The notes under the pieces were generated by a model. The model had not been told where the DNA came from. It searched no databases and saw nothing but the letters and a program-made list of their open reading frames with translations. A stretch of DNA of 63,991 nt, filler included, from Porpidia crustulata (Eukaryota), in the NCBI GenBank assembly GCA_964255105.1. It is 4 parts of 4 records of this genome, joined end to end, with 100 filler letters (N's around TTAATTAATTAA, not from the genome) between each part and the next. Parts side by side here need not be neighbours in the genome. Positions count along the whole stretch, not along the records: positions 1 to 16,128 come from CAXUWE010000270.1; positions 16,229 to 32,353 come from CAXUWE010000271.1; 2 more parts are not named here. One strand, written 5' to 3'. Made by a program: the position numbers and the translations under genes. The first letter of the stretch is position 1. Each line of letters begins with the position of its first letter. Below are positions 12,207-24,653 of this stretch, piece after piece.

Positions 12207-14431
12207 ATGGCTACTGATAGATCATTGGCAACACTACTACGTGCCCTGCAGAGTGATTTCGAGGGCCAAGACATTTCAAGGTAAGATCGCATGTCTTGTT
12301 GAGTACTAAGGTCAAGCATTGACATTTGCCATACAGATTATTGAGCTCTGCAACAACACTACTGACGTTGCTGTCAAATCCTTTAAATGTAACGCTTCTG
12401 ACATCCCAACTGCTTACAGCTCCTGCTATCTGGCACCGTCCAGATGGGCTCCGCACCACCATACGCATCCTTAGCATCGCTGTTTCAGCTAGTAGGAAAG
12501 TACTTCAATATGAGCAAGAGGGGCAGCAGATGATATCAAAGCCGCTTCACATAACTACGAGGCTGTCTAAAGACGGCTGGTTCGTTGCCGTAGTCAAGGG
12601 AGCCGACGATCGATCACCTAGATGGAGACACCTCCTTGTCCTGGGTGGGCTGCTCTTGGGCTTAGAAGGGCAGCATCCGCAGGCGCTCTCGAGATCTTTT
12701 AGATCAAACCTGGAGCATGCCACGATAACCACGGTAAACCTAGCATTGCAAGAGGCGGAATTTGGTGACGACCTCGCTTCTAACAGCATCGCAACGGTAC
12801 TCAGCCATGTTGTCGATCTTCTAAGCCCCTCTTATAAAGCTGAGATTAATTATGATCTGCTTCTTCCGACTTTGGTGCGAGGGCCTTACTTTTCAAAAGA
12901 GGGACTTCATTTAGGCTATTTTCTCAGTGTTATGGATGCTGATGTCGTGCAAGCTGGTGGCTCGAAGTTTGACTGGTCAACCAAATCGTCTACCTATGTG
13001 CAATTAGAAAGGATGGCCTCGGGACCAATGGTGGCCTCGTTGGGATTATTGTCGCGCCTTACGGCTGTCTCTGTAGAGAATGTCAGGAGTCTGGATCTTT
13101 TAGCAACCGTTCTCGATGATCTATCTACATTCACTCGGTCGCTATGCGTTCAATGGCGACAGAATAAGCTTTCGGAGATAGATATTACCGAAGAGTCAAC
13201 CTTCTTGAGTGATGAGTCCTTGAAAACCTCCTTACCACTGTTATGGCGGGTATTGAAGTCAAGCATGTTTGCCGTCGTTGTCATCCTGCGGTCACTCGTC
13301 GGCCGTGTAATTGGCGAGAGTAACACACCATTGGATAGAGGTAAGAACTCTCTATCTTAGTTGTCCCTAAAGCTAACGAATTCTGAAATCTTAAAGATCC
13401 CTCGGTTGCCGTACGAATTCTTCAAATGCTACGAGATCTATACTTCATCTCGTCTCGTCTAGGTGCTAATGTATTCAGCCAATACACGTTCGTTTATCTT
13501 GTAGCCCTGGATATTCTATCGCAGTACCCGGCTCAGGCAGAAGCATATCTTCGGGAATTGAAGCCATCACAAGCTGGTCAGATCCCACAGCACCCACTTG
13601 ATCGATGTTTTGACCTCTATTTCATGAATACAGCCGAGCACTTTACGCTAATTCTGACACCCGAAGTAAATGAACAACTTTTAATAGCTGCGGCTACCCC
13701 ATACCTAGGTGTAGGCGGAAATCAGAGGTTGCTACAAATGTTTGAGGCAGCACATAGTATAATGCTTGCTGTGCTTTCTGCTCCTCAAAATTCGGTTCTT
13801 GTTGCTAAACATATCTACACATACGTAGATATTCTTTTTAAGGTTAGCGCATCTACCCCTTAGTAACATTGCTCGTATTACTTAATATTAATGTTGGGAG
13901 CAGGTATTTCCGCAAACGCTTTCTTCCCGACAATATCGTATGGCAACCAAGACTCTAATCCGCATCACTTCGCCACCCTCTCCTCTATCTCAAAGCCAAC
14001 CAGTTCTCCCCTCTACTATTCTCGAACTTATTCTCGAGCGTGTTGGCTCGGCCTCGTCGCAACCTCTGCGCAAAAGCTCTTTAACTCCAGCACTACGAGG
14101 CAACGTGATTGAGGAACCTGATTTATCCGAGCAGGCGGTTTATATCATGTCCATGATTGATGCCTTGCCGCTCGTGCCGATCGAGGCATTGGAAGAATGG
14201 CTACCGATAGTGGCTGACACTCTTCGAATCGTTCAAGACAGCAACATGCTCCATACATGTAAGCAGAGATTCTGGGAAGTCCTAAGCAGTGGAGAGATGG
14301 ATGTGAATAGAGCAGCACAATGTGTAGCCTGGTGGAGTACACAAGGCGGAAGAGAAGTAGTGCTCCGAGAGAGAACCCGAGAAGAAGGGCCATTCATGAG
14401 CGGAGCTTTAGGGGAGATGAGTAAGCTTTGA
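12207..14431 (+). CDS. PEX8: Peroxin Pex8 (often annotated peroxisomal membrane protein Pex17), 4 exons
   Basis: MATDRSLATLLRALQ|..LLTLLSNPLNVTLLTSQLLTAPAIW, GADDRSPRWRHLLVLGGLL, WRQNKLSEID, GEMDVNRAAQCVAWW; C-terminal PTS1 SKL. Confidence 0.92.
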
Positions 14432-15701
14432 GCACTATCTTAAAAGGTAAACGAAACGTGCCACCAGTGTTAAAACCTAGGGCTTGTATTTCCTTGATTG
14501 CAGAAACAGGATGATAAGGAAAGAATGTAAGTCGCTCGACGGCAACTACAAGCTCCGAGGAAGATATCTAGAGATTCCAAAAGCTCACGTCAACCGCGAA
14601 TGCTAGAATTTCTACGAACAAGAAGTGGCTACACGTTCAATGCAGAGCAGGTCTACGCATTACTCTGGTACTTTGTGCACGCTACTTGGCGTCGTGGACA
14701 CGCTGAAAGTGCTATCCCTTATGTGAATGATGGGCAGTGCTCATGATCCACCTTAACTTATAAGGTGGCTACTATGATAGATATCTATTTGATCTTCTCA
14801 TGTCATCCGGTCATACCAAGAAGAATATCTAAACAAAATTTTGGAGTAGTCTCTGGTTGAGAAACAGCTCGATAATGATTGTGACTACCCAGTATCATTG
14901 ATCTGTTCATCACATCTTTCCCGAGCAGGAGCTATCGGGTAAGATATCGTTCTAGGCAGCAACAATGAGCGTTGATATAGTCTACATCTACGATTCCGAC
15001 AACTAGAAGGTTAATCAAGACATCTATCATCAGGATCCCGACAGTCCTTAACGTTTGGAACAGTGTCCGACATGGGGAGGCATTGAGTACGAAAGAAAGA
15101 CGGCTCATGCAAAAAGTATCCGATCTCACCAGTACCATACCACCCACCTGAATTTGGACAAGACCAAATATTTCTCAGGTCGCCGCAGTATGGAGCGCAC
15201 TAGCAAGCAGGACATAGCTCGGGGGCAGAAGCGCAGTCGGTGTCCGGGTGTGCATCAGTATATATCCCAGGATCGGGCAGCGCAAGTATAGGGGGGACAA
15301 GCAGCGGCTAGTTTTGTCGCGCAGCAGGCACCTGATATCGACCTATTCTATCCCCGAGGTAACATTAGGTCATTCGACAACGAAATTGTTGAAAATGCCA
15401 CGGCGGTTGTCGCATCCCTGGAGAGTTGGACAAGTGCAGACAGACGCGCCCCCAGTACCAGAAGAGTAAGGAAAGGAAGGAAGATGAGGCAGCCTCTCAG
15501 AAATCCTGTAATGGGAATCGTCTGGGAAGGAATTCTAATATAGTTGCAAGATTATAGGATGATGCTGGATTTGAAATTTCATAAATTCTCGCATATTTTT
15601 TGTAAACGCTCTCAAGGGTATCACCATGCTTCCCCTCTCCAAAATCCATCTATGATGCTAAAGATCCAACGCCCAACCATGGAAACTGAATATCACGATG
15701 G

Positions 15702-16128
15702 TCAAGGTATGAAAGGTATCCCGACGCTAGTCTTCGCCCGATACCGCACATACTCTTCCTCAAAAAACCCAACCAGCAACTGCTCTTCCCCTACCTCTAC
15801 ATCAGTACGATACCCTTTCAGATCAAAAGCCCCGGGAAGGGAAACCCACTCTCAATCCTCGAGCTAAAGAACCTCCACAGCACCACCGCGTAGCCCACCA
15901 GACACACCCAGTTCCCCAGCGCCACCTGAGTCCCTAGTCCCCACCACCAAAATCCAAAATAACTCGGATGCCTCAGCCACGCGTAGATGCCATCCGTCAC
16001 CAGCTCATGCCCCTGCTTCCTCTTCATCTGCACCATGTGACTGAAATTGCTCCCCGCCTGCGCCATCGCCATCGTCCGCGTCGCCTGGCCCACGATTAAC
16101 ATCACAAACCCCGCCCCCAGCACCATCT
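15702..16128 (-). CDS. STE14: Isoprenylcysteine carboxyl methyltransferase, 3' part only (cut by contig end)
   Basis: AMAQAGSNFSHMV..HELVTDGIYAWLRHPSYFGFWWW..FFSSRIE, then a spliced last exon EEQLLVGFFEEEYVRYRAKTSVGIPFIP; TGA 15702-15704. Confidence 0.93.
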
Positions 16129-16228
16129 NNNNNNNNNNNNNNNNNNNNNNNNNNNNNNNNNNNNNNNNNNNNTTAATTAATTAANNNNNNNNNNNNNNNN
16201 NNNNNNNNNNNNNNNNNNNNNNNNNNNN
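16129..16228. other. Artificial contig linker (N44-TTAATTAATTAA-N44)
   Basis: 100-bp spacer with stops in all six frames, identical to the other two linkers. Confidence 0.98.
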
Positions 16229-17458
16229 GAGAGGGGGTTAGGGGAAAGGTTGTGTTGGAGGTAGTTGAGTGTGGTAGCTTCGAGTTTATTGAGATTGTTG
16301 TTTAAGTTTAGATTATTTTTCTCCGTGGGGATATAAGGGGTGGAGTAGGGACTTGTTCTCGGGATGTTGACGAGACGATGAGGGATTGTGGAGGTGTGGT
16401 TAATAAATATACTGTTGTTGGTTTTGGTGCGGTGTGCGGTTTGTTTGTTGTTGGAGTAAGTGAGATATCCAGAATAGATACAACGGAGACATCTCCTATA
16501 AACGCCGCTGGAAGCACGCATGTCTTTGGGAAATCGAAAGGAACCCGTATCTATTCGTCAGGAAAATGGCACCCCCCTACCACGTTGTCGGAATTGTTTT
16601 TGGCTTGTTGAATCCTCGAGAAGATATCGTGATCTTTATGATTGAGTTCTTACAGCGGTTACGTCATGGGGAACAAGAAATGAAGTCGAATATCCAGGAT
16701 ATAAGGCGTCGTAGGACGTCTGTCGAGATTTCGTAGACGGATGAAAAAGGGTTGAAGGATTGTTGAAAAGGATGTTGGATGTATTGATTACTGAGAGGTG
16801 AGATCCGGAGAATAGGTTCTTGATAGACTGGGTTTTCTAGGGCTGTGAAGGATGTGTAAGGTAGTGAATGCGTTTGCCTTCTGATTCATTAAGTAAGTTT
16901 TTCGACGTTGGTAGAGATGGTGACGTGTCTTAGCTACGATATTTGTAATCGTGTTTCCTTTGCCAACTATACACATATATAGCATGTTCGAAAAAAGATT
17001 TTTGGATGGAAGATTGTGGATTGCGGGAATATCAAACACCTAATTCAATATAGATCTCAGTATCTCACAAATCTTGGATTATACGTACGTTGTACAAACA
17101 TCCAAGTAATCCCTCATAACCACCGTATGAGGTGGCAGGACGAGAGATTGACATGTTCGTCTTTTGGTCCGCCTTTGTCCGAGACAATGGCTTTGTGATT
17201 TGGTGATGATATACGCACGCTGGTGTCGTGGTCTTTGTTCTTGCACAATGGGATTGTTACCACAGGAGTACGCTCCTCTCCTCAACCAAATTCTGCTCAA
17301 GCAATTAGCTCCTTGACTCATCGACATTAGTATTTCTATTGTCTTCTTCAGCGATCTTCATTGCTTCGAGATATCTCATTTTTCACCTCGAAGGATACAT
17401 AAACCAAACACCTATGCCGAAAGAACTATTTTCCCTTTCCTCAAGATAAAAGATCACC

Positions 17459-18454
17459 ATGTCAACCAATAAACCAATAAGATCACTCACCACTATAGAA
17501 ATTAAAGATTACAGTCCGCTTCAATCGCTCGAGCGTCGCTGTACGGATACCTTGGCGCAGCTTATCGAAGAAGAGCGACTTCATATGAATCGTGCTTTGC
17601 CAAAACTGGACATGCCTAGTAGGAACACGTCTCAGAAGCCCGCGGCCGGCGGTAGGAGATCGACCTCGCTGAATACGGAGAAATCTCCTCCCCGGAGGAG
17701 CTCAGCAATGTGGCCTGCCCAATGGCATCGTGGGGGACGAGCGGTAACGCAACCTATCGATACGGCCACCGCATCGCCAGGACGTGACCGCGTTCCGAGC
17801 CTACCTGCCATCCCAAGATTTTCACTTTTGCCCGATTTCGCCTCAGACAGCTTCGGAGAGGAGAAACCCCTCCCATTCCTCCCCTCAATCGAAAGGGGTA
17901 ACCATAGCAACCGGGACAGCGCTTATCAAGAATCCATCTCGGACCGAGCTTCACTGTCCGAAGAATCTTTGCTGATCCGCCGAATCAGGGGTCAAAAAGT
18001 CTTACTCAATGTGAGAAGGAGGGATAAACTGTCTCCAGCAGCGCCGACGACAACGAATGCAAAGGCAAGCGAGCAAAGAACGAAAGCGGCGAACACCGCT
18101 GCAAATCTCCAAGCTTACCTCACTGACGCACGGGCTCGTGCCAACTCAACGACCGAGAATCCCCGGCGGCTGGTCCCGCCGCCGCATGAGGTGCGTAGTG
18201 CTTCGAGCCCGAATGTGGCGAGAGTAGAGGGAGCACCTCCCCCAAGCGAGGACAGTTCCCGGAGCCAAGACGGTTCGCCAGCGCACCGTATCCCGAGGAA
18301 ACCGGTGCCGATGAAGTCTTGGCCGGCGACACCGCAAGGGTCAATAAGGTCGAGGTCGACGTCCCCAGGGTGCTCAATTGAGCGCGCGGAGGAGATTGAA
18401 AGGTTTGTCAAGACCGCGGTGGCGGAGTCAGGATTGAGGACGAGCTTTTTGTAG
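17459..18454 (+). CDS. Hypothetical S/P/R-rich, probably disordered protein (331 aa)
   Basis: Intronless ORF, ATG in CACCATG context, IPRKPVP motif; no recognisable domain. Confidence 0.6.
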   Translation: MSTNKPIRSLTTIEIKDYSPLQSLERRCTDTLAQLIEEERLHMNRALPKLDMPSRNTSQKPAAGGRRSTSLNTEKSPPRRSSAMWPAQWHRGGRAVTQPIDTATASPGRDRVPSLPAIPRFSLLPDFASDSFGEEKPLPFLPSIERGNHSNRDSAYQESISDRASLSEESLLIRRIRGQKVLLNVRRRDKLSPAAPTTTNAKASEQRTKAANTAANLQAYLTDARARANSTTENPRRLVPPPHEVRSASSPNVARVEGAPPPSEDSSRSQDGSPAHRIPRKPVPMKSWPATPQGSIRSRSTSPGCSIERAEEIERFVKTAVAESGLRTSFL

Positions 18455-19259
18455 CTTTATGGTGAACGGATGAATTTAGCATTTTCATGTCTTAGGTTTG
18501 ATATTTTCACTTTTGATATTTTCGCAATTTCAATTATCTCCCTGACCAATATTTCGTCTTGACTGGCTAATCTGTTCGAGGCGTAAGCGTCCAATGTTGA
18601 TTGGCTGAAGCTTGACTGATTTAGCAATCGGTATATTGGATAGTCGTTTTGTTTCTGATCTCATGACATTGGCTTTCGTAACTTATATCGTGAGACGATG
18701 GTTTCATCTGCGATTTTTGTGTGAGGAATATTAGTATTTTTAGTTTTCTGTTCCTAGTGGTTCTGTTAGATCCACGTATACCTCATTCATCTTTTCTTCT
18801 GTTGTCACAAGCAAGGTGTTTTGAAAAGAGAGATCTTGCTATGGTGAACAATACTCTTGCCATCTCGTATCGTTTCAGCCATGCCCGTCCACCGCATACC
18901 CCCTTTCGTCCTTTCGTCAGAGCAAGAGCAAGCTATTCACGGTTTTTTGCCGACACCAGAACGCTATCGTCGCGCTTAACATTGTCCTTATTATCTCCCA
19001 CAGGTTTCATTGTTTTTCCGAATATTGCAAGCGCGTTGTCTGGCTTCGATATTGTTTTCCAGACAATTCTCTCACAAGGTTGAGACCGCAAGGTTTATAA
19101 GACTACCGCCCTTGCTCTCTCTTCGTTTCTCTCCAAGGACATTTTCTTCGTTGAATCATCAAGCACAAGACTCAATCGCAAAACCTACACAAACTCGACT
19201 CCGAACTCGAACCTTCAAAATCTTCAAACGAACAGAAATCTGCAGGCGGCATTTTCAAA

Positions 19260-20936
19260 ATGTTGTACCAAACGAGATTCACCGAAAACCTGCCCACAGC
19301 TGGCGGCACTTACCCTTACCACCGCCAGTATACCAGCAGCACGCGCCTGCCCCTCGAAGACTCTCCCCCAACGTCCAGCCCCCGTCAAGGTGCGCCGGGC
19401 ACTCCACCCATCTGGCGCACCCAGACAACGTCAATCCCCCCTCCACCGCCCCATTCCTTACCTCGGTCAACATTTTCCTTCCTCCGCCCTCGCTTTACAC
19501 AATCAACCACAGCCTCACAAGGCAGCTTGCGTGCGCGATTAATGCGGCCGGGGACAGGAGGAAAATTGGGGAAGGGCGTTAGGGTCGTGGGAGGATTGTT
19601 AAAGAGGATGAAGGAACGAGGTGGCGGGAGAAGGAGGGAGGAGCGGGGAGGTCTCGAAAAGGTTCCCCCACCGGCGTGTGGGGCGGTGGAGCTGGACGGG
19701 GAATCGGTGCGGAGACAGGGGTATGGATGTGGTTTGGCACATCGTCTGGGATTACCGACGCCTTTGCAGCGGAGTTCGACGTGGCAGTCCATGACGACTC
19801 TTGAGGCGACGCGACAGGCGAGTAAAGCGGAGGAAAGGCAACAAGAGTCATGGTTTAAGACTGAGGATCCCTTTGCCCAATGTCGGAAACTCGAGCAGCG
19901 TCGTCGAGCAGCCGAATACGACGCCGGGGCAATGCTAGACCCCCCGTTTTTGAATCCAGCAGTCGAATACCATCCACCCGCTATCCGTCCACCGTCTACC
20001 ACGACTTCCGAGACGACGGTGGATTCCTCGACGATGGCCACAAACTCTCAGGCAGCATTCAGTTCACCAAGCCGGGAGAGCCTGGCGAACTCAGTGGATG
20101 AATGGCTGTACAGGAGCAGAGAGAGTGCGGAATGGTTAGCGAGAGAAGGAGGATCTGTATCTCCTAGTAGTCTGGTAAGCGCGCTGGAGTCGCCAGCGCC
20201 ACTTGAGCGGATGAGACTTCGAGGAGTCACTAGAAGGGAGAGGTGCGAGAGCGAATTGGAGTCGCCGCCGAGGATGTACGCAACACTGCAGGAGGGATTG
20301 GTGCCTGCGCGCGCTGTTGGTCGTCAGTCATGCATCCAAGAAGACGGCGAGCCGAGCTCCCCACCTCGGGTTTATGAAACTTGCGAGGAACGACTCGCAC
20401 ATTTGCGCCCTGCTCCTCAAGCGCAGGGCACTCAAGAAGATCACTCGCCAGTCGCTCCGGGTAGCGTACGCGCTGGTAACGCAGAGAGATTCACGGCCAT
20501 GCCAAACCGCCTCCCCATTCGCCACCACCAGACGGAACAGCGCCCCGTCATCCAAAATTTCGATCCCGCAATTCTCCCTTCCCTATCTCACCGCCGTATC
20601 CCGTTGCGGAACTTACCCCCACACCAACTCAATACCGACATTTATCAACCCGAGACGTCACCGTCACCATTGCCGGCTATTGAATTAGATACCGCCTACG
20701 AATTTTCCGGTTGGAGTTCGGAGGACAGGTCATCAAACGAGGAAGCTGTTGATTTCAGCATCTCGCTATTTGGTGGAGGGGAAAAGACACATAAATGCCC
20801 TCATCGGTGGTGCGAATATCCGCGGTTCCATGGGCCGGTGTTGGGGACAAGTCGGATAGGCGCGGAGGGTATCTGGAACGACATGGAGTTGGAGGCGTTT
20901 TATGATAGCTATAGCGATTCGCAGCATGAAAATTGA
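19260..20936 (+). CDS. Hypothetical low-complexity protein (558 aa)
   Basis: 1.68-kb ORF, AAAATG start, internal SPPRxY repeats; no recognisable domain. Confidence 0.62.
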   Translation: MLYQTRFTENLPTAGGTYPYHRQYTSSTRLPLEDSPPTSSPRQGAPGTPPIWRTQTTSIPPPPPHSLPRSTFSFLRPRFTQSTTASQGSLRARLMRPGTGGKLGKGVRVVGGLLKRMKERGGGRRREERGGLEKVPPPACGAVELDGESVRRQGYGCGLAHRLGLPTPLQRSSTWQSMTTLEATRQASKAEERQQESWFKTEDPFAQCRKLEQRRRAAEYDAGAMLDPPFLNPAVEYHPPAIRPPSTTTSETTVDSSTMATNSQAAFSSPSRESLANSVDEWLYRSRESAEWLAREGGSVSPSSLVSALESPAPLERMRLRGVTRRERCESELESPPRMYATLQEGLVPARAVGRQSCIQEDGEPSSPPRVYETCEERLAHLRPAPQAQGTQEDHSPVAPGSVRAGNAERFTAMPNRLPIRHHQTEQRPVIQNFDPAILPSLSHRRIPLRNLPPHQLNTDIYQPETSPSPLPAIELDTAYEFSGWSSEDRSSNEEAVDFSISLFGGGEKTHKCPHRWCEYPRFHGPVLGTSRIGAEGIWNDMELEAFYDSYSDSQHEN

Positions 20937-22021
20937 CTAGGTTTGACCGCATTTGAAGACTCACAGTGAAAAGTGAGACCTGAAAATCATCATATAATAC
21001 TGAGCGATTGATATCCCGGTGCACTGCGAAATTCACGTGTTGACCAAATCTCTGCTCAATTCACGACGTGGCTTCCTCATCTTTGCCGTACAATCCTTTG
21101 GACAAGACGGAGAAGGACGCAGTGTATTTTGGGAAAGTCAAAGCCTGAGAAAACGTTATTACTATTGTCGCCACCGTCCTCGATATTAGACGTGAGCAGT
21201 GGCTATATAGAAGAACCTTTATATTTTATGCCAAGCGGTGCCGACTTATATATAACAATCAGGCTCGATGTGAATTTTAAGCGCTTGTTGTGGCCTCCTC
21301 AATCGCCAACTGAGCGTTCGAGATAAATGTGACCACTACTGAGGAGAAACTTAGTAGTAACGATCTTTGTAATCTGGTCTAGATCATTATACCGTTTTTT
21401 GATAGCACCACAGGCTTCTAGATTAGCCGGAGAAAGTGGCTCTGGAAAGTTGTGGAGTATAAAGTCAAGCAGGCATGAAGATGACAGCGAAATGAAACAT
21501 ACATGGCGGTAGGAGTATGTAGAAGAAGCAAGCTGCTGGCAACTTAGTACAAGCAGCTTAAGGATCCGGGTAGAAAAGAAACGCACAGTGATTGTCGGGA
21601 TGTGGAGGTGGAATTTGGAAGCTTCAGCGTTAAAGAAGATAGTCGCCATATTTAGTCCGCTTCAAGAGGTCCTCTGGTGCTATGCCTTATAACACTCGGC
21701 GTCCTTTCATTAGGTTGAGAATAAATCAATGATGGCATCGCTATTGCTCTCTACTACACGCCAGATATCCAGTGCGTGGGGTGCAAGTGGCGGTGAGCGG
21801 CAGCCGACAGAATTGTTTCGGCATCACAACAGATTCTGTATCTTGTCCCATTTCTCAAATGTGTTGAGCAAAGGTTCTCAGCATCTTTGCATGTCGCTAT
21901 GAATCTAGATTAGTAGGTGAGTACGCTTACACATGATCACTGAAGAAACTTATATCATATCAAATTTGAGAGCAGCATACAAGCTTACGGAGACCAGTAT
22001 TGACTTATGCAGAAGCCCCAG

Positions 22022-22494
22022 TTAAGAGATTGCCATCTGGACGACACGTAGTATTAATGACTGAGGAGCATTTGGTGGCTCAAGGAATACAGGTAGCTTA
22101 CCGCTTGTGTAAGGGGATGGTTCATCAGGATCTGTAAATGGCCGAAACCAAGTTTGTATCCGTGGCCACTGAAATTTTCTAGGACATTACTCGATATTAT
22201 GAATGGCAACTCTGTTGGACATGCAGATTTTCCAGCGAAAGATTGAAAGAACTTCAGGTGTCAGTATAGGCATGTTGCCGAGACATCGAATATTCATACG
22301 AGGATATTTACAATTTGTACGACTTCACTTACAGTCTTAGCTGAAAATTCGACAGTGCCGCAGAATTTCTGCCAGACTTTTCCCAAAGTCCGTTTGCGGT
22401 GGGATTTCGCAGGATCGATACATGATCGATCCTCTCGTACTAGAGGTCTCTCGCTTAGGACATCGGCTTGCTGAGGCGTCCAAATTACCGCCAT
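22022..22494 (-). CDS. Putative spliced orphan gene or relic (108 aa, 3 exons)
   Basis: Exons 22494-22333, 22251-22102 and 22036-22022 joined by GTAAGT..CTGAC..AAG and GTAAGC..CAG introns stay in frame. Confidence 0.3.
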
Positions 22495-23615
22495 TCAATG
22501 GGTTATCAGTAAATGTATGCGGGTTCCAACTTGCACGGCTTGAACATCTAGAAAACCTGAACTTCAGCACTGGACGTTGGTCGGGAATTAGCCAAGATCC
22601 ATTGTCGGGGATTATCTCTCTGCAATGTCATAAGGTTGGACCAAATCTTGGACGCTCGACCTCTAAAGTTCAGCGGATATATATATTCGAAGTTATCAGA
22701 ATACCTAGATCGCTGTCAGTAGTAATCGTCTCGGCCGTGTTGACTTCGCTTCTTCACATGTACACGGTGAGAGCACTGCATTCGAAACAAATATATTAGC
22801 AAATAAATGCTATGGGGCAAAGAGCGAAGGCTATTAATTCCAGGAGCAGGCGCATGTGCTATGACCGACCCCGGGTGTACTAATTTACCGGATTAGGAAG
22901 CTAGTGGGCTAGGGCATCACCCCCCAACTGCACCACTAAAAGGCGAAATTCCAAGTCGACAGACTTGTTACTAGTACTACTATATATGTCAGGTGATGTT
23001 CGTAACAGCATGAGCATTGAACTGAAAACATTGTTAGTAAGATACAATTCTTGTTAATTAGGAGCGCAGTAATTCCAGCAATGGTGGTTTTCCAGGAGAC
23101 GATGGTCCCCACAGTGGTGGCCTCCGCAGTCGGTGCAATCGCCTGTGACGCGCATAGCTTTTTTCTTGCAGTCCGGGAATGTACACTGGAATTTTGGAAG
23201 TGCCATGATCTTTCTTCTAGGTTGACTCCGTGATATATAGGAGAGCTAAGTCGATGTTTTGTTGATGAACGGCCTGCCTGGATTGTGTTTTATATACCCG
23301 AAGGAATTCAAAGCGAAATCAGCTCGTGAAAATTGAGAGCCATTTCTGGTGTACGTAACAAAGGCTTTGTTTGGAAAATGACAACAAAAATCCGGTATGT
23401 GTTCAGAATGCAATGTCTCGCGACCAAAAGTATGATTGTCAAAGACAAAGGACTTGTCCAGCATTGGCCGAAGGATAAAATCTTTATCACGAAAGGTTCC
23501 TGAAGATTTCCCAAACATCGAATTCAATCCAACACATAAACTTCAAATCTAGAATTGTATTAGAAGCCACCGAAGGATAAGAAAAGCGTAAGCAGCTAAT
23601 AAACATGTCCCTTAA

Positions 23616-24653
23616 CAAGTTCCCAGTGTCGGACATAAGATTCACGCAGTCTACGAGCTGGATTTCTGCCACGATGAAAGAGTATCAACGGTCCACCCTG
23701 CCAGAAACTGGAGAAATGAGGAACGCGCAGAGATCGCGATCGAAGTGGATTCAGGAGCTCTTGACGAAGAACCACAGTCTGGACTCGACGCCTCTCTCGT
23801 TGATCTTGTTACAAGTCCTCATACACAGTCAGCGGAACATGATCAAATTAATCACCAGCCGGTGTGTCGCCGCGTCACCACGATTCATGACCATGAAAGG
23901 AGGCAGGCCAGGCTCGATCGCTCTTTCACCCAGTTGAGAGCGGACTCCGAAACAGCACAGCAGATCCATGAGCAAATTGATCGGTGCCTACAAATGGATC
24001 ATATGCGTCTCATGCTAGATTCTTCGAGAGTCATCCGAGCAGATGTTCCCTTTGATGTGGCTGATTCAGGATGGTCTCGTGACGCACCCGACAGCCCAGA
24101 CACTTTGAGCGAAAGAGCAGGCGAGATATGTCCAAATGAAGATGAGAAGGTTGAGAATTCAGACGCACTAGATGAAACTGAACTAGGGATATCAAAGCGT
24201 AGCGACAATTTGTCTCGGAAGGCATTGATATGTCAGATTAATCCTAACATAGATCGCGTTCGGGGCGGTGCGCAACACGCCAGATGGTTCAAAATTGTCT
24301 ATCCAACTGCTTCAACTCGATGGCAGTACTGGGACCTATCAATATCCTGGTCAAGTCGATTGGACCAAAAAGTCCGTAACGAAGCTCAATCGATGGAGAG
24401 CCAATACTTTCTGGCGTTTCCTTGGACCAAACCGCGACGGAGATGGAAATCGTGTATCAAAGAGCGGAACTAGAGTCTTGTTGAAGGCGCGGATGCGTCA
24501 GCTCAGCGCATGAGTATATCGCACCGGCGCGGTGCGCAACATACCGGATGTGTGAACATCATCCATCCAATTGCTACAATTTAGGGCACTGCTAGGATCT
24601 ATCGATATCCTGGGGATGTTAATGGGACAAAAAAGCCTGTAAGCAAACTTAAA
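23616..24653 (+). pseudogene. Degenerate gene with a tandemly duplicated domain of about 45 aa
   Basis: Open frame 23616-24473, plus a second frame from 24253 (IAFGAVRNTPDG..YQYPGQVDWTKKSVTKLNRW) that repeats at 24518-24653 with a stop and indels. Confidence 0.45.
24253..24653 (+). repeat. Diverged direct repeat, about 137 bp x2 (24253-24390 and 24518-24653)
   Basis: Shared blocks gcggtgcgcaaca, atccaa, atatcctgg and aaaaag align colinearly. Confidence 0.8.

Noticed and set aside
16173..16184. TTAATTAATTAA palindrome repeated three times at about 16.2-kb spacing
   Set aside because: Always centred in N runs; a synthetic six-frame-stop linker, not biology.
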